A stretch of 64,000 bases of DNA from positions 12,092 to 76,091 of the forward strand of contig JAUSKF010000002.1 of NCBI GenBank assembly GCA_030646995.1, given 5' to 3'. The notes under the pieces are model-generated. The model searched no databases. It saw only the letters and a program-made list of their open reading frames with translations, and had not been told where the DNA came from. The DNA is from a bacterium. GTDB taxonomy: Bacteria > Patescibacteriota > Minisyncoccia > UBA6257 > WO2-44-18. Each line of letters starts with the position of its first letter. Position 1 is the stretch's first letter. The position numbers and the translations under genes are program-made. Of this stretch, positions 46,650-54,941 are shown piece after piece.

Positions 46650-46762
46650 TAGAAGCAGCCAATCTAAATAACTATAATAATCAACATGCAAAAAACAGTC
46701 GTAAATAACAAAGTAGTCTGCGTGTCACGGGTACGCCCGGCAGGCGCACCCTGCTTCTAACG
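46650..46762 (+). promoter_or_regulatory. Long-range inverted repeat (17-bp arms) spanning the bcp 5' region and abutting its start codon
   Basis: gatcccgttagaagcagcc (46650-46668) pairs with cctgcttctaacgggATG (46745-46767). Confidence 0.4.
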
Positions 46763-46764
46763 GG

Positions 46765-47223
46765 ATGAAAAAACGTCGTAATTTCTCACTTCCGGACCAG
46801 AACGGAAAAATTCATACCTTAAGCGACTACAAAGGCCAGTGGGTACTGGTGTATTTTTATCCGAAAGATGACACGCCGGGATGCAATGCTGAGGCCTGCG
46901 CGATTCGCGATAACTTTCCGGAATTCCAAAAGCTCGGCATCCGGGTTTTCGGCATCAGCGCCGATCCGGTTAAAAGTCATGCTAAATTTGCGGAAAAATT
47001 TAATCTACCGTTCACTTTAATTTCCGATGAAAAAAGAACCACCATTAAAAGATGGGGTGCTTGGCAGAAAAAAAGAGCGATGGGAAAGACGTATATGGGC
47101 ATCGCACGCATGTCCTTTCTGATTGACCCCGATGGCGATATTGCCATCACCTATGGAGAAGTGACGCCGGAAACTCATGCGCAAGAAGTTTTAGACGATT
47201 TGAAGGAATTATTGAATAAATAA
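46765..47223 (+). CDS. bcp: Thiol peroxidase Bcp/PrxQ (peroxiredoxin)
   Basis: …VLVYFYPKDDTPGCNAEACAIRD… (DxTPGCT active site) and resolving Cys. Confidence 0.85.
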   Translation: MKKRRNFSLPDQNGKIHTLSDYKGQWVLVYFYPKDDTPGCNAEACAIRDNFPEFQKLGIRVFGISADPVKSHAKFAEKFNLPFTLISDEKRTTIKRWGAWQKKRAMGKTYMGIARMSFLIDPDGDIAITYGEVTPETHAQEVLDDLKELLNK

Positions 47224-47224
47224 A

Positions 47225-47252
47225 AACCGCTTCTTATAGGGGCGGTTTTTTT
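47225..47252 (+). terminator. Rho-independent terminator after bcp
   Basis: aaaccgcttcttataggggcggttttttt. Confidence 0.6.
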
Positions 47253-47257
47253 GTTGT

Positions 47258-47354
47258 TACCTACTGCTCAAAATTTTCAATTCAAAGAAGTAGAAAATTT
47301 TGTGTGCAGTAGCAATCCTGAGCCTGCCTGCCGGCAGGCGTAGCGTAGGACTAC
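47258..47354. repeat. Family A two-hairpin intergenic repeat element, copy 3 of 4 (with a 17-bp palindromic insertion)
   Basis: Same element as 40154-40233 but hairpin 2 carries the inserted cctgcctgccggcaggc. Confidence 0.8.
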
Positions 47355-47403
47355 AAATAACTTGATATTTTATATCAATTATGATACTCTATGAGCCTAT
47401 TAA

Positions 47404-48768
47404 ATGAACGAGGAAATAACTCCCAAAGTAGAGACGAAAGCATCCGGGTTTAACGGACTAGGAATTGCGCCGGGCATATTAGAAATGTTGGCTAAATTCG
47501 GTTATGAAACTCCGACTCCAATCCAAGAGCAGGCTATTCCGGTAGCAATGCAGGGAAAAGATATGGTGGGCATCGCTCAAACCGGCACGGGTAAAACTTT
47601 TGCTTTCGGAATTCCGATGATTCAGCGTTTGGCGCAAATCAAAGGCAGGGGATTAGTAGTACTTCCAACCCGCGAGCTGGCTACACAGGTAGATGAATCA
47701 CTTCACAAAATCGGAGGTCCGGGTTTACGCACTGCAGTTTTAATTGGCGGTATGGCAATGGGACCGCAAAAAGGCGCTTTGGCTCGTGATCCGCATATTA
47801 TTGTGGCCACCCCCGGACGCTTAAATGACCATCTTCAGCAAAGACTGGTGAGTTTGAGTAATGTGAAAATTGTGGTGCTTGATGAAGCCGACAGAATGTT
47901 GGATATGGGTTTTGCTCCGCAAATTCAGAAAATTTTTAACGCTCTTCCGGCTGAACGCCAAACGATGCTTTTTTCCGCCACAATGCCTCCGGAAATTATG
48001 ACGATGGCGACTAAGCATATGAAGCTGCCTATTCGCATTGAAGTAGCGCGATCCGGAAGTACCGCCGACAAAGTTACGCAGGAAATTTTTATTATCCGCA
48101 AAGAAGACAAAGTTCGCTTACTTGAAAAGCTTCTTCAGCAATATATCGGACCGGTATTAATTTTTACCAGAACTAAGCACGGAGCTAAGCGGCTTACTAG
48201 AGATGTTGCCGATATGGGTCACACCTCCGCCGAGTTGCACTCTAATCGCTCGGTCAATCAGCGCCGCGAAGCTTTGGACGGATTCAAAGCCGGAAAATAT
48301 CGCGTATTAATCGCTACCAATATTGCAGCCCGCGGTATTGATGTGAGCGGGATTGAATTGGTAGTCAATTTTGATTTACCGAGCGATACCGACGACTACG
48401 TGCACCGCATTGGCCGCACTGCTCGCGCCGGCGCTGAAGGTCACGCCATTTCTCTCGCTACTCCTGAACAACGAGGCGAGCTTCGCGACATTGAACGCCT
48501 GATTCAAAAGCGTTTGCAGGTTTCTCCGGTTCCGGAGCTTCCGCCTGCCCGACCGACAAGATACGTCCCAAGGGACGAGCCGAGATCTTTTCGTGGCGGC
48601 GGTCGGCCATCTTTTGGCGGAAGCCACGCTCAGCGGGGCGGTTCTCGCTCCGGTGGCGCTGGTCGCCCAAGTTTTGGGGGAGCCCTCCGCCGGCCGGCGG
48701 ACCGCCCGCATCCAGGAGGTTCTTTCGGCGGCGCTCGCCGCTCTCCTCGCCCCCGATTCCGCCGCTAG
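47404..48768 (+). CDS. DEAD-box ATP-dependent RNA helicase with Arg/Gly/Pro-rich C-terminal tail
   Basis: Q-motif, AQTGTGKT (Walker A), DEAD, SAT, HRIGRTARAG; 454 aa. Confidence 0.9.
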   Translation: MNEEITPKVETKASGFNGLGIAPGILEMLAKFGYETPTPIQEQAIPVAMQGKDMVGIAQTGTGKTFAFGIPMIQRLAQIKGRGLVVLPTRELATQVDESLHKIGGPGLRTAVLIGGMAMGPQKGALARDPHIIVATPGRLNDHLQQRLVSLSNVKIVVLDEADRMLDMGFAPQIQKIFNALPAERQTMLFSATMPPEIMTMATKHMKLPIRIEVARSGSTADKVTQEIFIIRKEDKVRLLEKLLQQYIGPVLIFTRTKHGAKRLTRDVADMGHTSAELHSNRSVNQRREALDGFKAGKYRVLIATNIAARGIDVSGIELVVNFDLPSDTDDYVHRIGRTARAGAEGHAISLATPEQRGELRDIERLIQKRLQVSPVPELPPARPTRYVPRDEPRSFRGGGRPSFGGSHAQRGGSRSGGAGRPSFGGALRRPADRPHPGGSFGGARRSPRPRFRR

Positions 48769-48825
48769 TTTATAATAGGTGCTATACTATTCCAGAAAGG
48801 TCTTTGGTTTTTCACAAAAAATAAA

Positions 48826-48921
48826 ATGATCATTCTGAAAGAAGGAGAGGGCGAAAATTGCCCGACCTGCAGCCATCCGAAACACGAGGGAAAGCCCTGC
48901 GATTGCGGTTGCGGAAAATAA
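48826..48921 (+). CDS. Tiny Cys/His-rich peptide (31 aa), candidate metal-binding
   Basis: MIILKEGEGENCPTCSHPKHEGKPCDCGCGK; own hairpin terminator 48924-48957; sits at the head of the copper cluster; no SD. Confidence 0.35.
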   Translation: MIILKEGEGENCPTCSHPKHEGKPCDCGCGK

Positions 48922-48964
48922 CTTTTAAAAAACTGCTCTCGCAAGAGGGCAGTTTTTGTTACGT

Positions 48965-49078
48965 GTACCAGACTTATAGAAATTTAATGGGATGGTACGC
49001 GTACCAGACTTATAGAACTAAAGTGGGATGGTACTGCGTGCGTACCAGACTTATAGAAATTTAATAGGATGGTATAAT
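48965..49078 (+). repeat. Three tandem ~34-37-bp direct repeats (GTACCAGACTTATAGAA-N7-GGGATGGTAC) upstream of the copper cluster; the last unit ends in TGGTATAAT
   Basis: Units at 48965-48998, 49001-49034, 49042-49078; a related single unit at 11178-11210. Confidence 0.75.
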
Positions 49079-49102
49079 TAAAATAATTTCGTGAGAGGGT
49101 TG

Positions 49103-49582
49103 ATGGAAAAATTCTGGCTTTGGTATGAGCGGCACTATCGCATCAGTCTGGCGATTACCGCTTTTTTGTTTACCCTACAAATCGTCCATTTGATTTGGCT
49201 CGCCACAGACATTGTCTTGCCAGCAATTATCGGCACGCCCCATGTTTTCGCAGAAAATTCTTTCGCCAGAATCATTCTGGCGTTGGTGGATTACACCGAG
49301 ATACCGGCTCTCATCTCCGTCAATATACTTTATTTACGCCATCTGAAAATTTCGCCGTCCTTCAAGCATTACACCTACCTCGTCTTCATTAATCTCCAGT
49401 GGGCGCATTTGTTTTGGATTACTGATGAGATTATTCTTGAAACTTTTGGAAAGCATGGCGTCACGCCTGAATGGAATGTGTGGCTGGCGGTGCTGGCAAT
49501 CGGAATCGATTATCTGGAGCTTCCGGTGATTTATGAAACACTAAGGGAATTTTCCCGTCGTTTTTTAAGAAAAGCAGTATAA
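49103..49582 (+). CDS. Hypothetical polytopic membrane protein (first gene of the copper cluster)
   Basis: ATG 49103; 159 aa with 4-5 TM; no family assigned. Confidence 0.5.
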   Translation: MEKFWLWYERHYRISLAITAFLFTLQIVHLIWLATDIVLPAIIGTPHVFAENSFARIILALVDYTEIPALISVNILYLRHLKISPSFKHYTYLVFINLQWAHLFWITDEIILETFGKHGVTPEWNVWLAVLAIGIDYLELPVIYETLREFSRRFLRKAV

Positions 49583-49589
49583 TCAGGTT

Positions 49590-51656
49590 ATGAATTATAC
49601 CTGCCCGATGCATCCGGAGATAAAACGGAGTCAGCCCGGTATTTGCCCGGAATGCGGAATGACCCTAGTACCCGATAAAGAAAAACGGAGTTCGGATAAA
49701 CACGCCGGCCACCGCACTGCGGATTTTTTAAAAAAGTTTTCAATCAGCTTATTATTGACCATTCCGGTTATTTTATATTCCGACATCATCACCAATCTGA
49801 CCGGATTTCGGGCGCCAACTTTCCCTGGCGCCGGTTTTCTGCCGTTGATCTTAAGTTCAATAGTATTTTTTTATTGCGGATGGGTTTTCTTGACGGGCGC
49901 CTGGAGAGAAATAACCGCAAAATTGCCGGGTATGATGACGCTGATAGCCATCGCCACCTCTACCGCCTACCTATACAGCGTTATTTCTGTCTTTCTGAAA
50001 GGAGAAACTCTTTTTTGGGAGTTGACCACGTTAATCACTGTGATGCTTCTGGGTCATTGGCTGGAAATGCGTGCGGTCAGTGGCGCTCAAGGAGCGCTTA
50101 AAGAACTTTCAAAACTACTACCGGACACAGCAGAAATTTTGCGAAACGGCCAGCCGGAAAAAATACCGGTGGGTGATTTGAGAGAATGGGATTTGGTTTT
50201 CGTCCGACCGGGAGGCCGGATTCCGGCTGATGGGATAATTTCTGACGGACAATCACAAGTAAATGAGGCAATGATTACCGGCGAATCAGCGCCCGTTGCA
50301 AAGAAAATCGGCAGTGAAGTGATCGCAGGCACTATCAACGGCGACGGTTCTTTAACTATAAAAATCACCAAAGTAGGAGAAAAAACTTTTTTGTCCGGAA
50401 TAATGCGTCTTGTGTTGGAGGCTCAATCTTCTAAATCCCGTCTTCAAGTTCTTTCTGACAGGGCCGCCTTTTACCTGACGACAGTTGCGGTGGCCGGAGG
50501 AGGGGCAACTTTAATTTCTTGGATTCTTTCCGGGGCGGGAGCGGGTTTCGCGATTGAAAGAATGGTGGCAGTGCTGGTTATTGCTTGCCCTCACGCTCTC
50601 GGACTCGCCGTTCCACTGGTCGCCTCTATATCTACGACACTCGCGGCTCGCAACGGATTTTTAGTGCGTCAACGTTTAGCATTGGAGCAAGCCAGAAATA
50701 TTGACGTGGTTCTTTTTGATAAAACCGGCACGCTGACCAAGGGAGAGTTCGGCGTTACCAATATTTGGCCGGTGGGCTCGGAAAATGAAAAAGAAATTTT
50801 AGAACTGGCCGCTAGTGTGGATGCGCAATCGGAGCATGTTATCTCAAAGGCAATCGTCACAAGAGCGATGGGCGCGGGAACGAAACTAAAAGAAGTAAAA
50901 AACTTTAAACGATTACCCGGCAAGGGCGTGAGCGGAGAAATTGATGGCTCGGAAATAGCAGTCGGCGGGCAGGCAATGCTGGAAAGTTACGATTTAAATA
51001 TTGAAGGCGGCCTAAGAGAAATAACTGAAGCCGAAAGTAAAAAAGGAAAGACTTTAATCTTCTTAATTAAAGATAGAAAACTTTGGGGAATCTTGGCCTT
51101 GGCAGATTTAATACGCGAAGAATCGCGAGAGGCTATTTCGTCTTTGCAAAAATCCGGAGTAAGGGTTGCGATGATTACCGGTGATTCCGAGGGCGTGGCC
51201 GCTTGGGTTGCTGGTGAATTAAACATAAGTGAATATTTTTATAAGGTTTTGCCGGGTGAAAAAGCCGAGAAAGTGAAATTACTGCAATCTAAGGGGCAAA
51301 AAGTGGCGATGATCGGTGACGGCATCAACGACGCGCCGGCTCTTACGCAGGCTGACCTCGGCATCGCAATCGGCGCGGGGACTAACGTTGCAATTGAATC
51401 AGCTGGAATTATTTTAATGAGAAGCGATCCGCGGGATATTATAAAAATCATTAGACTCTCAAAGCTAACTTACTCCAAGATGATCCAAAATCTTTTCTGG
51501 GCGACCGGATATAATGTGGTGGCAATGCCGCTGGCCGCGGGAGTCCTAGTGAGCCAGGGGATTATTCTGGAACCGGCACTGGCGGCCTTACTGATGTCGG
51601 TCAGCACCATAATTGTGGCCTTGAACGCTGTCTTGTTGAAAAGAAGGCGTTTGTAA
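49590..51656 (+). CDS. Heavy-metal (copper) translocating P1B-type ATPase with CPH transmembrane motif
   Basis: N-terminal CPMHPE…CPECGM metal-binding motif, TGES, CPH (…VIACPHALGLAVP…), DKTGTLT, GDGINDAPAL; 688 aa. Confidence 0.9.
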   Translation: MNYTCPMHPEIKRSQPGICPECGMTLVPDKEKRSSDKHAGHRTADFLKKFSISLLLTIPVILYSDIITNLTGFRAPTFPGAGFLPLILSSIVFFYCGWVFLTGAWREITAKLPGMMTLIAIATSTAYLYSVISVFLKGETLFWELTTLITVMLLGHWLEMRAVSGAQGALKELSKLLPDTAEILRNGQPEKIPVGDLREWDLVFVRPGGRIPADGIISDGQSQVNEAMITGESAPVAKKIGSEVIAGTINGDGSLTIKITKVGEKTFLSGIMRLVLEAQSSKSRLQVLSDRAAFYLTTVAVAGGGATLISWILSGAGAGFAIERMVAVLVIACPHALGLAVPLVASISTTLAARNGFLVRQRLALEQARNIDVVLFDKTGTLTKGEFGVTNIWPVGSENEKEILELAASVDAQSEHVISKAIVTRAMGAGTKLKEVKNFKRLPGKGVSGEIDGSEIAVGGQAMLESYDLNIEGGLREITEAESKKGKTLIFLIKDRKLWGILALADLIREESREAISSLQKSGVRVAMITGDSEGVAAWVAGELNISEYFYKVLPGEKAEKVKLLQSKGQKVAMIGDGINDAPALTQADLGIAIGAGTNVAIESAGIILMRSDPRDIIKIIRLSKLTYSKMIQNLFWATGYNVVAMPLAAGVLVSQGIILEPALAALLMSVSTIIVALNAVLLKRRRL

Positions 51657-51670
51657 GCTAACTTACCAAT

Positions 51671-52012
51671 ATGGTTAAAGCGTTCTCAATTTTAATGTTG
51701 CTCGCTATCGGTCTAACCTTGGGGGCCGGTCTTTTTGTTTACGCCTCAGATCATTCGGAAGCTAACGGCCTCTGCCCAATATCCGTGATGTCAAAGGCCG
51801 CCTGCCCAGCCAAGAGCGGCCTTTTGAGCTTATTGTTGGCAATCAGCTTTCTGTTCGCTGTATTTTTTAACAAAAAAATCTTCGCATCATTAAAACCGAA
51901 GAAACAATACTATGGTCACCGGATCACCTTTTCCAGTCTCTATCAATTGAAATTTTCCGATTGGCTGACTTTGCATGAGAAACGCGACCCTTCTTTGTTT
52001 TTAGGGTATTGA
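51671..52012 (+). CDS. Small hypothetical membrane protein with two CP(x) motifs
   Basis: 113 aa; 2 TM; …NGLCPISVMSKAACPAKSG…; terminator 52040-52080. Confidence 0.35.
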   Translation: MVKAFSILMLLAIGLTLGAGLFVYASDHSEANGLCPISVMSKAACPAKSGLLSLLLAISFLFAVFFNKKIFASLKPKKQYYGHRITFSSLYQLKFSDWLTLHEKRDPSLFLGY

Positions 52013-52092
52013 TTTGCGCAGTCTAACTGCGTGTTTAGTATTACAAATCAATGCCCGCTTTAGTCGAGCGGGCATTTTTAACTGAAAGATAA

Positions 52093-52545
52093 ATGGACAA
52101 AAAATCATTCTTACTGGGTCTGAGCGCTATACTGATAGTAGTATCGGCTTTTGCTTTTATGGCGACCCGTTCTTCATCCGGACAAAGCATAACCGTCTAT
52201 AAATCTCCCACTTGTGGGTGCTGCGGAGGATATATCACCTATCTGAAGAAAAACAATTTCCAGGTTACGGTCGTGGAAAAAACAAACCGTACGGAATTAA
52301 GGGAAAAATTCCACATCCCGGCTGATATGGAGAGTTGCCATACTTCCGTTGTGAATAATTATGTTGTCGAAGGGCATGTCCCAGTAGAGGCAATCAATAA
52401 GTTACTGGCGGAAAAGCCCGATATAGACGGCATTACCTTACCGGAAATGCCGGCCGGATCTCCCGGAATGGGCGGCGCAAAATCCGGTCCGTGGACAGTC
52501 TACGCCTTATCGAAAGGCGCAAAATCAGAATTCCTAATTAAATAA
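52093..52545 (+). CDS. DUF411 family metal-binding protein (CopG-like periplasmic copper protein)
   Basis: …VYKSPTCGCCGGYITYLKK…SCHTSVVNNYVVEGHVP…LPEMPAGSPGMGG… matches DUF411 conserved Cys/His/Met blocks. Confidence 0.75.
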   Translation: MDKKSFLLGLSAILIVVSAFAFMATRSSSGQSITVYKSPTCGCCGGYITYLKKNNFQVTVVEKTNRTELREKFHIPADMESCHTSVVNNYVVEGHVPVEAINKLLAEKPDIDGITLPEMPAGSPGMGGAKSGPWTVYALSKGAKSEFLIK

Positions 52546-52547
52546 AT

Positions 52548-53771
52548 ATGGCTTTCCTAACTTTGGTTGAATTCGTTGTTGTGTATCTTTGGGGTTGGTT
52601 AGTCCTGACTATTCTTGCCAGTGTCGGCATTTTCTTGCTAATTAAAAAGTACTATAGAATAGAGATGGCGATTTTTGGTGTGATAGCGGTCGTGGGGCTG
52701 GTGGCGATTTTATTCGGACCCAAAATCTTCCCAAAGGCTTTTGAATACCCCCCATTTCTTACCACCTTCGGACCATCAGACGGTCCGGCTCTGCCGTTCA
52801 AAAGCGCCATTGCTTTCCTGAAAAACTATTCAAAAATGGAAAAGGTGGAGAATATCGCGCGTAATCCAAACGATATTCCTCCACCAATTACCCGCAATTA
52901 TCCTGAAAAGATAAAAATTAATCTGACGACGAAAGAAGTGATATCGGAAATTGCGCCCGGCACCTTCATGAATTACTGGACGTTTAACGGCACGGTTCCG
53001 GGTCCATTTTTACGGGTTCGCGAGGGCGATACGGTGGAATTGACGCTCACCAATGACAAGTCCAGCGTCCACGCGCACAACATAGATCTGCACGCGGTGA
53101 ATGGGCCTGGAGGAGGAGCGGCGCTGACAAATGTTGATCCGGGCGAAACAAAGTCTTTTACTTTCCAAGCTCTAAACCCCGGGTTATATGTATATCACTG
53201 CGCTCATCCCAATGTCGCTACGCATGACACGCATGGTATGTACGGCTTGATTTTAGTTGAACCGATAGGAGGATTAACAAAAGTTGATAAGGAATTTTAT
53301 GTGATGCAGGGCGAGCTTTACACGACGGGCGATATTGGTAAAAAGGGATTGCAAATTTTTGACGCAGTCAAAATGCTGAACGGCAAACCGGAATACATAG
53401 TCTTCAACGGAAAAACTTCAGCGTTAACCACGAACGTCAAAGCGAAGGTGGGGGACCGGGTCCGGTTTTTTGTCGGTAACGGAGGAGTAAATCTGATTTC
53501 TTCCTTCCATGTCATCGGCGAAATTTTCGACACTGTTTATCCAGAGGCTTCAATTGGTGGGGCGTTATTCAAGAATGTTCAGACAACGATAGTGCCGGCT
53601 GGCGGGGCGACAATAACGGAATTTTTGCTCAACGTTCCGGGTAAATATCCTTTCGTGGATCATGCTTTGGCCAGAATTGAGCGCGGCGCCTGGGGAGTTT
53701 TAGATGTAGCGGGCGAAGAAGACGTCAGAATCTTTTCTGGAGATTTTGAAGCAGACGACCATAGTCATTAA
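52548..53771 (+). CDS. nirK: Copper-containing nitrite reductase (NirK)-like two-domain cupredoxin protein with N-terminal membrane extension
   Basis: …HAHNIDLHAVNGPGGGAALTNVDPGETKSFTFQALNPGLYVYHCAHPNVATHDTHGMYGLILVEP… reproduces the type-1/type-2 Cu ligand pattern of NirK. Confidence 0.7.
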   Translation: MAFLTLVEFVVVYLWGWLVLTILASVGIFLLIKKYYRIEMAIFGVIAVVGLVAILFGPKIFPKAFEYPPFLTTFGPSDGPALPFKSAIAFLKNYSKMEKVENIARNPNDIPPPITRNYPEKIKINLTTKEVISEIAPGTFMNYWTFNGTVPGPFLRVREGDTVELTLTNDKSSVHAHNIDLHAVNGPGGGAALTNVDPGETKSFTFQALNPGLYVYHCAHPNVATHDTHGMYGLILVEPIGGLTKVDKEFYVMQGELYTTGDIGKKGLQIFDAVKMLNGKPEYIVFNGKTSALTTNVKAKVGDRVRFFVGNGGVNLISSFHVIGEIFDTVYPEASIGGALFKNVQTTIVPAGGATITEFLLNVPGKYPFVDHALARIERGAWGVLDVAGEEDVRIFSGDFEADDHSH

Positions 53772-53805
53772 TTAACAAATAGCCGGAAGGTGGTAGAATA
53801 GAAGG

Positions 53806-54600
53806 ATGAAAAAAATAAATTATTCAGCCGCCGCCGGAGCCGTTGTTTTGTTCGCCATGCCCATCTTAGTGGGAGCTACATCTGTGATTCCGGTTCAATA
53901 TGAATTACGTGACAGCTCATCTGATTCGGTGGATTTGAAAGTTGAAAGCTCTGTGATTGTAGATGTTAATAGAGACGGATTACCGGATTTGCAGACTGTC
54001 GGTGGGCGGGCAGAGCTGGATAAATTCAATTCCGGAACGGGTGGCGACGCGCCAAGCGCGATTAACACCAGTCATTCGAATATAAAAAATATGATTTCGT
54101 CAGACAACGATCCGAATGATCCTCAAGGTTCGCCAAGATTACTCCCGACCGTCAATAAAAAAACCGCGAAAGTAACGGTTCGTGGTTGGGATGCCGAAAA
54201 GAAAGAGGCAATAATGGGAATGGAAGCCAACGTGAAGGCGACCGTTGAGGCTGACGAAAATATCAGCTCGATTACGATTGCTCCCGATAAGATTGAAATG
54301 GCTTACCGCCGCCCGGCGAAACTATTTGGATTTATTCCGGTAGCTTATCAGCACGCTTTTACAGTTGATGAAAAAGGTAATGTGGCCCAAGGGCACCCGT
54401 GGTGGCTGATGTTTGCGAAGGACGATGCTGATAATTTTGGTTCTGACGTAAAATATATTTTCCAGAATAATCAAACCGATTTAGTTTTCATCAAAATGCA
54501 GACAATAATGCAACAGCAGATGCAACGATTTAGCGCGTTGAGCAATGTCATGAAGAGCCGGCACGAGGCGGCGATGAATTCCATCCGGAACATGAAGTAG
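53806..54600 (+). CDS. Hypothetical secreted protein
   Basis: Signal peptide (…FAMPILVGATS); 264 aa; Gln-rich C-terminus. Confidence 0.45.
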   Translation: MKKINYSAAAGAVVLFAMPILVGATSVIPVQYELRDSSSDSVDLKVESSVIVDVNRDGLPDLQTVGGRAELDKFNSGTGGDAPSAINTSHSNIKNMISSDNDPNDPQGSPRLLPTVNKKTAKVTVRGWDAEKKEAIMGMEANVKATVEADENISSITIAPDKIEMAYRRPAKLFGFIPVAYQHAFTVDEKGNVAQGHPWWLMFAKDDADNFGSDVKYIFQNNQTDLVFIKMQTIMQQQMQRFSALSNVMKSRHEAAMNSIRNMK

Positions 54601-54612
54601 GAGGATTGGGTT

Positions 54613-54939
54613 ATGCACAATAGAAAATTCCCCTTTGTCGGGGAATTTTCTATAATTAAGGAGATGGAAGGAGAAGCATTACCCGCCCAGAGAAAACCAA
54701 CCCTAATAACGGCAATTATTATTTTGGCCGTTGTTATTGCCGCGGTGGCTGGGTATTTTGTTTGGAGAAATTCATCCACCACTCCGGAAGAGCGAGCCTT
54801 TAATGCTCTGGACCAGGCCGCGCAAACCGGCACGTTGCCAATAATCGATCCGTCCGGCAATCCGGCGGAGAGTTTACCGACGGTTAATCCGGTTGATCAG
54901 ATCAATCCTTTCGGGAAAACTTATAAAAATCCATTTTAA
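54613..54939 (+). CDS. Small membrane-anchored hypothetical protein
   Basis: 1 TM then Pro-rich tail; 108 aa; 2-nt gap to the next gene. Confidence 0.35.
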   Translation: MHNRKFPFVGEFSIIKEMEGEALPAQRKPTLITAIIILAVVIAAVAGYFVWRNSSTTPEERAFNALDQAAQTGTLPIIDPSGNPAESLPTVNPVDQINPFGKTYKNPF

Positions 54940-54941
54940 AA

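Noticed and set aside
48965-49078. Tandem direct repeats considered as a possible CRISPR array
   Set aside because: Only three units, separated by 2-7 bp with no spacers. No cas genes are in the window. The units contain promoter-like sequence (TGGTATAAT).
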